From assembly GCA_048938295.1 (NCBI GenBank), contig JBHLMI010000003.1, forward strand, positions 60,001-92,000: 32,000 nt of DNA, written 5' to 3'. The notes under the pieces were generated by a model that worked only from the letters and a program-made list of their open reading frames with translations, did no database searches and was not told the DNA's origin. A program made the translations under genes and the position numbers. Numbering within the stretch: the first letter of the stretch is position 1; each line of letters starts with the position of its first letter. Shown in pieces: positions 8,266-16,538 of the stretch. The stretch comes from Promethearchaeota archaeon (lineage in GTDB: Archaea > Asgardarchaeota > Hermodarchaeia > Hermodarchaeales > Hermodarchaeaceae).

Positions 8266-9656
8266 CCTGGATTGGCTATGTAGGCTAGAATCTGTTTGGC
8301 ATCAGCTGCTGATAGACGTTTTTCCATCTCGAGAGTTTTGATAATCAGAGAAATCGAAGCTAACTTGTGCAGCTTGATCTTTTCCTTTTTTAGCTGTTCT
8401 GCGCCTCCCTGCTCTCGATCAACTGCGACAAGCACGTCGGTGACCTTCGCACCAGCTTCTCGCAGCGCCTCAACTGCTTCGAGCTTGCTTCCACCGTCGG
8501 TGATAAGATCATCGATAACCAAGATCTGATCCCCCTGTTCAAAGACGCCTTCCACTCGTTTCTGCCTCCCATATTTCTTAGGTTGTTTCCTGATATACAA
8601 TAAAGGCATGCTTAGACGGTTACACACAGCAGTAGCAAAAGAGATACCTGCAGTGGGAACTCCAGCGATTCGGGTGAATGTTACCTCAGGATGACCTGTA
8701 ATCCATCCGGTGAACAGGTCGGCTAACTCTTTGAACTCCTGGGGAAAAGATGGGATAACGCGGAGATCTATGTAGTAGGGACTTTTTTTTCCGGATGCGA
8801 GGGTGAAGTCACCGAACTGGATTGCTCCGGTGTTATGGAGTAAAATCGCGATGGATTTTACAAACTCATCCTTGTCAGCTGGTTGAGGTGTTAGTTGAGG
8901 TTTGGTTGTAAAGGTTTGCTGGGCAAATTCTTTTGCTTTAGCAACAGGATTATTCGCAGCATAGATGGATCGTCCGATAATTTCGTAATTGGCACCTGCG
9001 GCAATGGCTGAACCTGGTTTTCCTCCCTGGGCACCAACACCAGGAGCCAGAACGAGTGGGGCTCTTCCAATCTGATTGCGAATGGCTCGGACATGAGCAG
9101 GCCGAGTGCCTGGGGAAATCACTCCGGTGACCTGCATTTGTTTTGCAAGGTCCACCATCCGGGGTGTCTCGGGGTGAATGAATTGCGCTGCCCCTGGATG
9201 ACTCATATCCACGACGAGAATGACCCCCCTATCACCAGCTTTCTTCGCTTCTTCTACTACTGCTTGGATTGCATCACTTCCAATAAAGCCTTGAACGATG
9301 ATTGCATCAATATTGGCAGCAAAAGTATGACGAGCAATCCACGCATTTGTGTTATCGATATCAGCGACTTTGAAATCAGCAATGAGAGGTAATTCAGGGG
9401 CGACAAGCTTCAACTTGTGCGCGATTTCCAACCCAACAGAAAGTACAAGCGGATAATTCAGTTTTATTGCAACAACATAAGGAGCTACAGCTGCAGCGAG
9501 ATGGCAGGCTTGTTCGATAAGGACCTGTTTTTCGGAATCAGGAGCATTCGGGGAAAACGTATTAGCCAAGTCAAGGGCATGAATTACCCGTGTGTGATGA
9601 GATTCAACCCTTTTTTCAAGCGTTTGGATGAAAACTTGCCCAATCAATTTCGCCAT
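8262..9656 (-). CDS. pyrF-pyrE: Bifunctional OMP decarboxylase (N-terminal) - orotate phosphoribosyltransferase (C-terminal)
   Basis: N-half: DFKVADIDNT, PGVGAQGG, IIGRSIY. C-half: FTLASGKKSPYYIDLR, YIRKQPKKYG, VIDDLITDGGS. Both lie in one uninterrupted 464-aa frame. Confidence 0.95.
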   Translation of the reverse strand: MAKLIGQVFIQTLEKRVESHHTRVIHALDLANTFSPNAPDSEKQVLIEQACHLAAAVAPYVVAIKLNYPLVLSVGLEIAHKLKLVAPELPLIADFKVADIDNTNAWIARHTFAANIDAIIVQGFIGSDAIQAVVEEAKKAGDRGVILVVDMSHPGAAQFIHPETPRMVDLAKQMQVTGVISPGTRPAHVRAIRNQIGRAPLVLAPGVGAQGGKPGSAIAAGANYEIIGRSIYAANNPVAKAKEFAQQTFTTKPQLTPQPADKDEFVKSIAILLHNTGAIQFGDFTLASGKKSPYYIDLRVIPSFPQEFKELADLFTGWITGHPEVTFTRIAGVPTAGISFATAVCNRLSMPLLYIRKQPKKYGRQKRVEGVFEQGDQILVIDDLITDGGSKLEAVEALREAGAKVTDVLVAVDREQGGAEQLKKEKIKLHKLASISLIIKTLEMEKRLSAADAKQILAYIANPG

Positions 9657-9685
9657 AGAGATGATCCTCCTGTAGACTTACGGGA

Positions 9686-10204
9686 TTAACTTGCCCCTTG
9701 CAGTTGCTCGATGAGATGTTCATGATGGGAAATGCGTTTACAATAGGAACAGCGGAGTGTTACCGGAGAGCGATCAACGACACTGAAATGACTCTTAATC
9801 CCGCGTTCATTGTTGGTGATGCAATTTGGGTTCTCGCATCGAACAATTCCAATAATTTTGTCAGGCACCTCAATACGCATTTTGCCGAAAATCTTATAAT
9901 TTCGGATAATATTGATGGTGGCTTGTGGTGCGACAAGGGCAATTCGGTTAATTTCATCAGCAGTTAATTCTCGCCTTTCAACTTTGATGATATCCTTTTT
10001 CCCCATCCGTTGGCTTTGTACATTCATGGCGATGCTCAAAACATCACCTTCTTGCCCATTGATACCGAGGATTTGTAACACCGCGAGGGCGTAACCAGCG
10101 GTGATGTGGTCAATAACCGTTCCCGCCGGGATTTTTTGAATACGCAGCGTGTCATCTTTCTCCTCGGTTTTGGATTTCGAAGATTTCGGTTTAGTCGAGT
10201 TCAT
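9686..10204 (-). CDS. pyrI: Aspartate carbamoyltransferase regulatory subunit
   Basis: GTVIDHI, KDIIKVE, APQATINIIRNY, Zn motif CENPNCITN...CSYC. Carries a short Lys/Ser-rich N-terminal extension. Confidence 0.97.
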   Translation of the reverse strand: MNSTKPKSSKSKTEEKDDTLRIQKIPAGTVIDHITAGYALAVLQILGINGQEGDVLSIAMNVQSQRMGKKDIIKVERRELTADEINRIALVAPQATINIIRNYKIFGKMRIEVPDKIIGIVRCENPNCITNNERGIKSHFSVVDRSPVTLRCSYCKRISHHEHLIEQLQGAS

Positions 10205-11136
10205 TTCACATTTGCCTCTAATAGTAGTGATAATATGGCCATTCGGACCAGGACTCCATGAAACATTTGTTGGAAGTATCGTGCATAGGGGGTTTCGTCG
10301 ACGTCGGGGGCAATCTCATCAACACGGGGTAGGGGATGCAGGATATCAAGATTAGGTTTCACATCTTTTAACATGCTTTTGTCGATACGGAATACGCCGC
10401 GTACTTGCTCATAATCAGCAGGTGTGGGAAAACGCTCCTTTTGAATCCGTGTAGCATAGAGCACGTCAAGTTCGGGGAGGATGTCTTTCAAATCGCTAGT
10501 CATTATAACTTCCTTTCCTTGTTCTCGAAGGTCCATCACGATCTCATCGGGTAATTCCAATCCAGGTGGTGCGATGCAATAGAGTCGATTTGTGAAACGT
10601 GTGATGGCATAGGAAAGTGAATGAACGGTCCTACCGAACCGTAAGTCGCCCACTACTGCAATGTTCAAATCCTTTAACCGACCCTGACTGCGACGGATAG
10701 TAGAGAGATCCAGAAGCGTTTGCGTTGGATGACGGCCTGCTCCGTCACCAGCGTTGATAATTGGTACACTTGATACTTCGGCGGCCCATTGTGCAGCACC
10801 TTCCTGTGGATGCCGCAAGACGATCACATCCGCATAGTTGTCTACGGTCCGAATCGTATCCGCAAGGGATTCGCCCTTCGCTACTGATGAAGCGCCAACG
10901 TCCGCTACCGTGATGGAGGATCCACCAAGTCTAGCCATGGCAGATTCGAAGCTAAGGCGTGTTCGAGTAGAAGGCTCATAAAACAGGGTGGCTAGGATTT
11001 TTCCCGAAAGAAGCTTTGAAGGTTTCTCACCACGAACCAAGGGCTCCATTTTGTCAGCTAGGTCAAGGACTATGAGTATCTCCTTAGTGCTGAGGTCTGC
11101 AATACTGATTAGGTTCTTAACCTTGAGTGACACCAT
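10201..11136 (-). CDS. pyrB: Aspartate carbamoyltransferase catalytic subunit
   Basis: FYEPSTRTRLSF, KGESLADT, INAGDG..RHPTQTLLD, GDLRFGRTVHS, TRIQKERF, HPLPRVDEI. Confidence 0.98.
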   Translation of the reverse strand: MVSLKVKNLISIADLSTKEILIVLDLADKMEPLVRGEKPSKLLSGKILATLFYEPSTRTRLSFESAMARLGGSSITVADVGASSVAKGESLADTIRTVDNYADVIVLRHPQEGAAQWAAEVSSVPIINAGDGAGRHPTQTLLDLSTIRRSQGRLKDLNIAVVGDLRFGRTVHSLSYAITRFTNRLYCIAPPGLELPDEIVMDLREQGKEVIMTSDLKDILPELDVLYATRIQKERFPTPADYEQVRGVFRIDKSMLKDVKPNLDILHPLPRVDEIAPDVDETPYARYFQQMFHGVLVRMAILSLLLEANVK

Positions 11137-11220
11137 AACTCCTCTTTTACCGCTCAGGGCTGAGTACTAATAAAAATCTTCGCCCTTGCCACCTAACAGG
11201 ATGCATGAATATTTTCCAAG

Positions 11221-13716
11221 TTATCGATCTTCGAGAATGTCACTAATTCTGGCAACATAGGTACGAATAATATCTCCCGTGGGTTCTTCTACAGGCATAT
11301 CGCGCTGATTAGCTGTCGCCTTGTACATACTAAGAGCAGTATTTACCATATGGCGAGCCTGAACCATGTCAATCATTTTCTCGTGCAATGGAAGTTCCAA
11401 TAATAGCGGTGGAAAGAATAAATTTGGAGTAGTCAGGAACACCTGAAGTCTGTGGATAGTTTTGTGAAGACTGTAAGGTAATTGCTGTTCATAAGCATCT
11501 GAAGATAACTGGCTTAGCAACCGTGCTAATTCAGATTTCGCGTCTTCACCGTGATTCACATCACCACTGGCAGCATATCTACAAACATATGTTAAGGCAA
11601 TAAGGAGTTGACGAAGCTGTCGGAGACTCCGTTCAGTTTCTGTCTGCAATTCCTTGGATAGATCATCAAACAACAATGCTGCATGAGCGTAATCGCCTTT
11701 TTCAATGATGCTCAATCCATCCACTAATCCTACCAGGGTGATTCCAAACGTACTAAACACTGAGTAAACATCTGCAAGATCAGGTATTAGTTCAGCAGCT
11801 TGATCAAAGGCTTGTTGAACCTTATTGAAGTATTCTTGGGCACCACTGAAATCGCCTCTTAGGAGATGAATCTGCCCAATCCGCCAATGGTTTTCGCCCA
11901 TGTCATGATAAAAGAAAAGTGTGGAGTATAATTCTGCAGCTTTAAGGTGTAATTTCTCACTTTCCTCAAGTAATTCGAATCTTATGGCTTCATCAGGAGT
12001 GAAATCTAAGCTACTTAGGAACAACAATGAATCTGCATGTTGGGTTAGAGCTTGTGCTTGTTTATGACGTTCACCAGTTTTATCCCAATCATCTGAGGCT
12101 TGTTTATAGAATAATCCAGCTTTCTCAAGGAGTTGCCTTTCTCCTAAAAGTATACCAAGATGTTTTGCTGCTTCTCCTGCCTGTTGAAATGCATAAGCCG
12201 TAGCAACGGGATCTGGTACCTTTTCTTTGAGTTTGATCGCTTGTTCTCCATATTTTTGCATTTCCTCATATAGGAGGCACTTTTCATTAAAGGCGGGAGA
12301 TAATTCGGCAAGTTTTGTGCAAGCGAAAGCGGCATAGCTTAGTGCTACAATCTGCCCTCGGAGATCCTGGGTCTGATTTAATAGTTCAAGCCCTTTTTGA
12401 CTCAATTCACGCTGCTGAAGAGCCCATTCTCGTTTCTTATCAGTCCGTGTTTCCAAATCTGAAAGAAAGCCACACATTTCACTAGCATTCATAGTAGCGT
12501 AGCCAGCACCACGAAGCCCCTTCGTTTTTTCAGCCAAGTTCTTTCCTTCAAGTTGGAGATTGTAAATTTCCATTAATCTAGCTTTTCTACTCTCTGGATT
12601 CAAATCAAACCAGGTCAAACGTTCTAGTGCAACACCCAAATTAATGGCAGCACGAGCCCGTAGTTGATACTGCTGTGTCATCTCCCCAATTCCTTGAGCT
12701 TTTCTGAGAAGGTCTTCCCCTTGTTTATACAATTGATTTCTTCGTTTGAAATCATGTTCAAGTTCAGCTATTGAAAGAAAACCTGTTCCAGCGAGAGTAT
12801 AAGCATAGAGTAAATCTCCATATGCAGGAGTCTTTTCAAACGTCGATACTGATTGAAGAAAATGATCCTTAGCTTTTTCATACAAATCTTGGCGGAGTTC
12901 CGAATCCCGTTCATCCTCAGCCATTCGGTAATATGAACTTCCTAACAGTGCAAGCATCTTACCGCGAGTTTGGTTATCTGTTACGTTAACAAGAGAACGG
13001 ACTAGTTCGTGAACGTTATCATGTCGAATCTGGCGAATGAGATCAAATTCAATTCGATATGGATGGAGTAAATCGACCCCCCTCAAAATCGCAATATTTC
13101 CCCTTGCTGAACGGTTCGGAGTCCTGGCTAATTCCTGAATGTGACCTAAAATTTCACGTAATAGTGCTTGTTTCTTGTCCTCCTCTTCATACAATAACAA
13201 TGGTTCAATTAAAAGCAGATAGTAAGCATCCCTTCTTTCTGCGTAGAGCTGGTCAGCAAGCTCAAGTCCATATCTAGTCCACGAGACCTGTTGATCTGGT
13301 TCTAAGAATGCCATTGTACTTTCTAGTAGAGCTAGAGCGCGAGGTATATCCTTAGCTTTTATGAAGCTATTGATTGCTTGAATGAGGTTTTCGTGGTTAG
13401 GTGGATCTGAAAGCCATCCTTCTGCTTCCCAAGACAAAGCATTCAGATGCGCAAGCTGTTCAGAGTTGAGTGATAAGTTTCCTTCGATTTTCTTTAGTTG
13501 TGAAAAGAATTCTGACAGATTTGCCCTCATTTCCACTAAGCTATTCGCATTCCAAGCACTAGCCCAAAGGTTGTTGAAACCACGAATTGCCACATCGGAG
13601 GTTTTAGTTCTTCGAAATAATTTGAAGCATTTTTGTGCAGCATCGTAGTATTCAGCATTGCGTTCTAATATGGTGATTCGACGAAGTTCCACACTGACAT
13701 CGTCTAAGGTCAACAC
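11221..13716 (-). CDS. Large all-alpha solenoid (TPR-like) protein with 51-aa repeats, function unknown
   Basis: 831-aa ORF, GTG start after GGTGA, 9 nt downstream of the MinD gene. Residues 248-502 form five consecutive 51-aa units with aligned (L/A)(G/A/S) at repeat positions 11-12. No signal peptide or TM segment is apparent. Confidence 0.8.
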   Translation of the reverse strand: MLTLDDVSVELRRITILERNAEYYDAAQKCFKLFRRTKTSDVAIRGFNNLWASAWNANSLVEMRANLSEFFSQLKKIEGNLSLNSEQLAHLNALSWEAEGWLSDPPNHENLIQAINSFIKAKDIPRALALLESTMAFLEPDQQVSWTRYGLELADQLYAERRDAYYLLLIEPLLLYEEEDKKQALLREILGHIQELARTPNRSARGNIAILRGVDLLHPYRIEFDLIRQIRHDNVHELVRSLVNVTDNQTRGKMLALLGSSYYRMAEDERDSELRQDLYEKAKDHFLQSVSTFEKTPAYGDLLYAYTLAGTGFLSIAELEHDFKRRNQLYKQGEDLLRKAQGIGEMTQQYQLRARAAINLGVALERLTWFDLNPESRKARLMEIYNLQLEGKNLAEKTKGLRGAGYATMNASEMCGFLSDLETRTDKKREWALQQRELSQKGLELLNQTQDLRGQIVALSYAAFACTKLAELSPAFNEKCLLYEEMQKYGEQAIKLKEKVPDPVATAYAFQQAGEAAKHLGILLGERQLLEKAGLFYKQASDDWDKTGERHKQAQALTQHADSLLFLSSLDFTPDEAIRFELLEESEKLHLKAAELYSTLFFYHDMGENHWRIGQIHLLRGDFSGAQEYFNKVQQAFDQAAELIPDLADVYSVFSTFGITLVGLVDGLSIIEKGDYAHAALLFDDLSKELQTETERSLRQLRQLLIALTYVCRYAASGDVNHGEDAKSELARLLSQLSSDAYEQQLPYSLHKTIHRLQVFLTTPNLFFPPLLLELPLHEKMIDMVQARHMVNTALSMYKATANQRDMPVEEPTGDIIRTYVARISDILEDR

Positions 13717-13725
13717 CTTTCACCA

Positions 13726-14556
13726 TTAGTTTGCCATTTCAAAATGAGACGCTAGTTGATCAATTGATTGCGAGAATTGATGTTCAGGTTCCTTTTCAAT
13801 GAAAAGACTCTGACTCATATTTTCCATGACTTCACAAAAACACGGAATAATACAAACAACCTCAATCCCTAAGTCTCGCTTAAGTTTCTCTTTTAGTCTA
13901 TGATAATCTTCGGTGCTTTCTAACATGCTACAAGGCACTTTATTTACAATAAGCTTAGGTCGCTTTCCAAGGGTCTGATTATATACTCCCGTAATTAGGT
14001 GTTTTGTGCCTATAATGTCTAGCTGATCCATTTTGATAACAATCATTAATTCATCTGCAGCAAGGATTGCATTAATGGAGCTTAGGGCAAACCCAGGGCT
14101 AGTATCAAAGATTTCAAAATTAACGTCATATCTTTCGAAGAGAAGATTTTTTCCATCTAACACAAGTTGAAGAACCCGTGCTTGCCACTCTTCATTGAGG
14201 CTATACATGGTCATTTCATTAATTGCGGTTCCACTTGGATTCGTGAATCCGATATAGAAGTGGCCTTTTGTTTTGAATTGTTCACTAAAATCAATCAATA
14301 CTTCAGGTAATTCACAGCGTTGTGCGAGCCAGTCATTGATGTAGTATTCTACACCGTTTAGTTGAAATAACGCGTTCAGACTGGGGGCTCGAAAATCAAA
14401 ATCGAGAAGGGCAACATTCCATCCTCGCTTAGCCAAATTGAGTGCCGTGTTAGCTGAGAGGTTCGATTTACCCGTACCTCCTTTGAAGCTGTGGATGGTA
14501 ATTGCTTTATTCAGATTGTGTCTGTGCCTTCCACCCCCTTCTAATAGTTGTGCCAT
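13726..14556 (-). CDS. MinD/ParA-family ATPase
   Basis: Deviant Walker A KGGTGKS, DFDFRAPSL (switch I region), DTSPG (switch II), IVNKV. GAGGGGG upstream. No obvious C-terminal membrane-targeting helix after the core fold. Confidence 0.93.
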   Translation of the reverse strand: MAQLLEGGGRHRHNLNKAITIHSFKGGTGKSNLSANTALNLAKRGWNVALLDFDFRAPSLNALFQLNGVEYYINDWLAQRCELPEVLIDFSEQFKTKGHFYIGFTNPSGTAINEMTMYSLNEEWQARVLQLVLDGKNLLFERYDVNFEIFDTSPGFALSSINAILAADELMIVIKMDQLDIIGTKHLITGVYNQTLGKRPKLIVNKVPCSMLESTEDYHRLKEKLKRDLGIEVVCIIPCFCEVMENMSQSLFIEKEPEHQFSQSIDQLASHFEMAN

Positions 14557-14560
14557 TTGG

Positions 14561-15040
14561 TTACCCCCTCATGCCATTTTGTGTAGGAATACTGTACTGG
14601 TAACTATGTTGGATGCGCACACGTTGTAGATAACCCAACCGAAATAAAGCACCCAGATAATTTGATTCAGCATTCTGGGATTTTCCAGTTAGAATCGCTA
14701 CATCAGATGCCATCGCTTGTCGAAGCTTCAACATTGCCATTGCAGTTTCTCGATACCGCCGAGGAACCCGTAGAAGTACCATGGCATTCAACGGGACGGT
14801 TTGGGGTGGTCGTTCAATAGTTACGGTTTCACTGAGCTCAGTTCCACGAACCAAATATTGGCGATCAAGATATAGAATAAGCACATGCGCCGGATCTCCA
14901 TGAAGATAGGCATGACTTACCGGATATGATGGTGCATTCTCTACGATAGCCTTCGGTAACTTGACTTGAATGTCCTGCTGACAACCATGACAGTAGGTCT
15001 GAATAGTCGCTGTGTCTATAGTCTCATCTACCTTTGACAT
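14561..15040 (-). CDS. Two-domain protein: N-terminal CxxC/His domain plus C-terminal winged-helix-like domain
   Basis: YCHGC...YPVSHAYLHGDPAHVLILYLD, then ETAMAMLKLRQAMASDVAILTGKSQNAESNYLGALFRLGYLQR (HTH-wing pattern). It ends 4 nt before the MinD start. Confidence 0.75.
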   Translation of the reverse strand: MSKVDETIDTATIQTYCHGCQQDIQVKLPKAIVENAPSYPVSHAYLHGDPAHVLILYLDRQYLVRGTELSETVTIERPPQTVPLNAMVLLRVPRRYRETAMAMLKLRQAMASDVAILTGKSQNAESNYLGALFRLGYLQRVRIQHSYQYSIPTQNGMRG

Positions 15041-15267
15041 GCAGTTCCCCGCTGACCACAGTGCATGTTCTCAGATTCATCAATCCGTTTGAGCTCTCTT
15101 AAACATTTTCTGTAGAAAAGACCTAACCGTGTTAGGATGCGGAGTTCTTAAGCTCTAAGAGAAATCTAAACAGCTCAACCGTTTGTACCAAAAAACATGT
15201 TTGGAAAAGGTTCTAAAGTTCGCAAGTCTAGCGTGAACAATTAACACAAAGCCATGTGAACGCGATT

Positions 15268-16491
15268 ATGGATACAGTACTCGTCGTCGGATTCAACGTA
15301 CGCCCACTTGCACGATCAGCGAAGAAAGCTGGATACCGGGTCTTTGCCATTGATTACTGGGGTGATATGGATCTTCAACAATGGGCTGATGCACAGCTTG
15401 CTGTCTTAGAGCAACAACCTGAGCAACGCCCTGGTCGCCCTCAGCACTCAACCGCGGAGTCTCTAATAGTGTATGCCCAACAGATGCTCGAAAGAAAAGG
15501 TCCTGTTGACTATATTCTCGTTAGTGGCGGATTCGATGATCACCTCAAAGCATGGAGACAACTGCACAGCCTTGGAAGGCTCGTAGGAAATTCTCCGCAG
15601 ACACTACAACAAGCCCGAGATCGAGAACTAACTATTCGACTAGCAAAACGGTTTGGAGCAAATGCCCCCAGAAGTTTTGAGGTCAAGGATGAAAAGCAGT
15701 TTCATTGGGGAGCAAATCAGCTAGAGCTTCCAATTCTTGTAAAACCCAAGTATGGAAGTGGCGGTTTTCATACACGTATCATTCACACAGAACAGGATTT
15801 AGACCGATACTCTGCTCGACATCGTTTCTCGAAGGATGAGCCAGTCTTGGTTCAAGAATTAATTCAGGGAAATGATGTGAGCGTTTCACTTCTTGGTACG
15901 GGAGACAGTGCTATTACTCTCTCAGTAAATCGACAACTAATTGGACTAGCTGAGCTGGGTAAACATAGAACCAAAGCATATTGTGGCAACGTTGTGCCCT
16001 TAGATGCCCCTTCAGAAACCATTGCTCACCTGGCAAATATCTCAGAAGAGATATGTAGCCAATTGAAATTAGTGGGGAGCAATGGATTCGACTATGTTGT
16101 TGACAACAAGGGCGTCCCATTTTTTATGGAAATCAACCCACGAATACAAGCCACGATCGAAGCTCTTGAGCTAGTGAGTAATATTAACGTCGTCAACCTC
16201 CATATTGATGCATGGCGTGGAGTCTTACCCAAACAGCTGCCCACTTTCAAAGGGTATTGCACTCGTGTTATTGTGTATGCAAAAACTTCTGTTGAAATCC
16301 TGGATCTGAGTAATATTCCTGGTGTCGTAGATATCCCAATGCCCAGAAGTCATGCCGAACGAGGAGATCCTATTTGCACCGTAAACCATGTCGCAACCTC
16401 AGAAGCTGACGCACTAAAAGGAGCTTGGGAAATCGTGAACGCCATCTATAACTTTCTTACGCCTATTTCCACATCATCTTCCACTGAATAG
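15268..16491 (+). CDS. ATP-grasp carboligase (COG2232-like, pterin/C1-cluster associated)
   Basis: VLVVGFNVRPLARSAKKAGYRVFAIDYWGDMDL N-terminus, LVKPKYGSGG, VQELIQG, GSNGFDY, MEINPRIQAT. ATG at 15268 is preferred over GTG at 15256. Confidence 0.85.
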   Translation: MDTVLVVGFNVRPLARSAKKAGYRVFAIDYWGDMDLQQWADAQLAVLEQQPEQRPGRPQHSTAESLIVYAQQMLERKGPVDYILVSGGFDDHLKAWRQLHSLGRLVGNSPQTLQQARDRELTIRLAKRFGANAPRSFEVKDEKQFHWGANQLELPILVKPKYGSGGFHTRIIHTEQDLDRYSARHRFSKDEPVLVQELIQGNDVSVSLLGTGDSAITLSVNRQLIGLAELGKHRTKAYCGNVVPLDAPSETIAHLANISEEICSQLKLVGSNGFDYVVDNKGVPFFMEINPRIQATIEALELVSNINVVNLHIDAWRGVLPKQLPTFKGYCTRVIVYAKTSVEILDLSNIPGVVDIPMPRSHAERGDPICTVNHVATSEADALKGAWEIVNAIYNFLTPISTSSSTE

Positions 16492-16538
16492 TATTGCTTA
16501 ATTATTCGAAGGACTAGGTGTTCTTCGAGGTTTCAATT

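Noticed and set aside
8262-9656. Direct orthologue of canonical eukaryotic UMP synthase
   Set aside because: The domain order is reversed (ODCase first), so orthology cannot be claimed without a phylogeny.
13726-14556. Cell-division MinD, or a ParABS/SegAB partition locus
   Set aside because: No MinC/MinE, ParB or ribbon-helix-helix partner, no iteron-like repeats, and no evident C-terminal amphipathic anchor. Left as MinD/ParA family.
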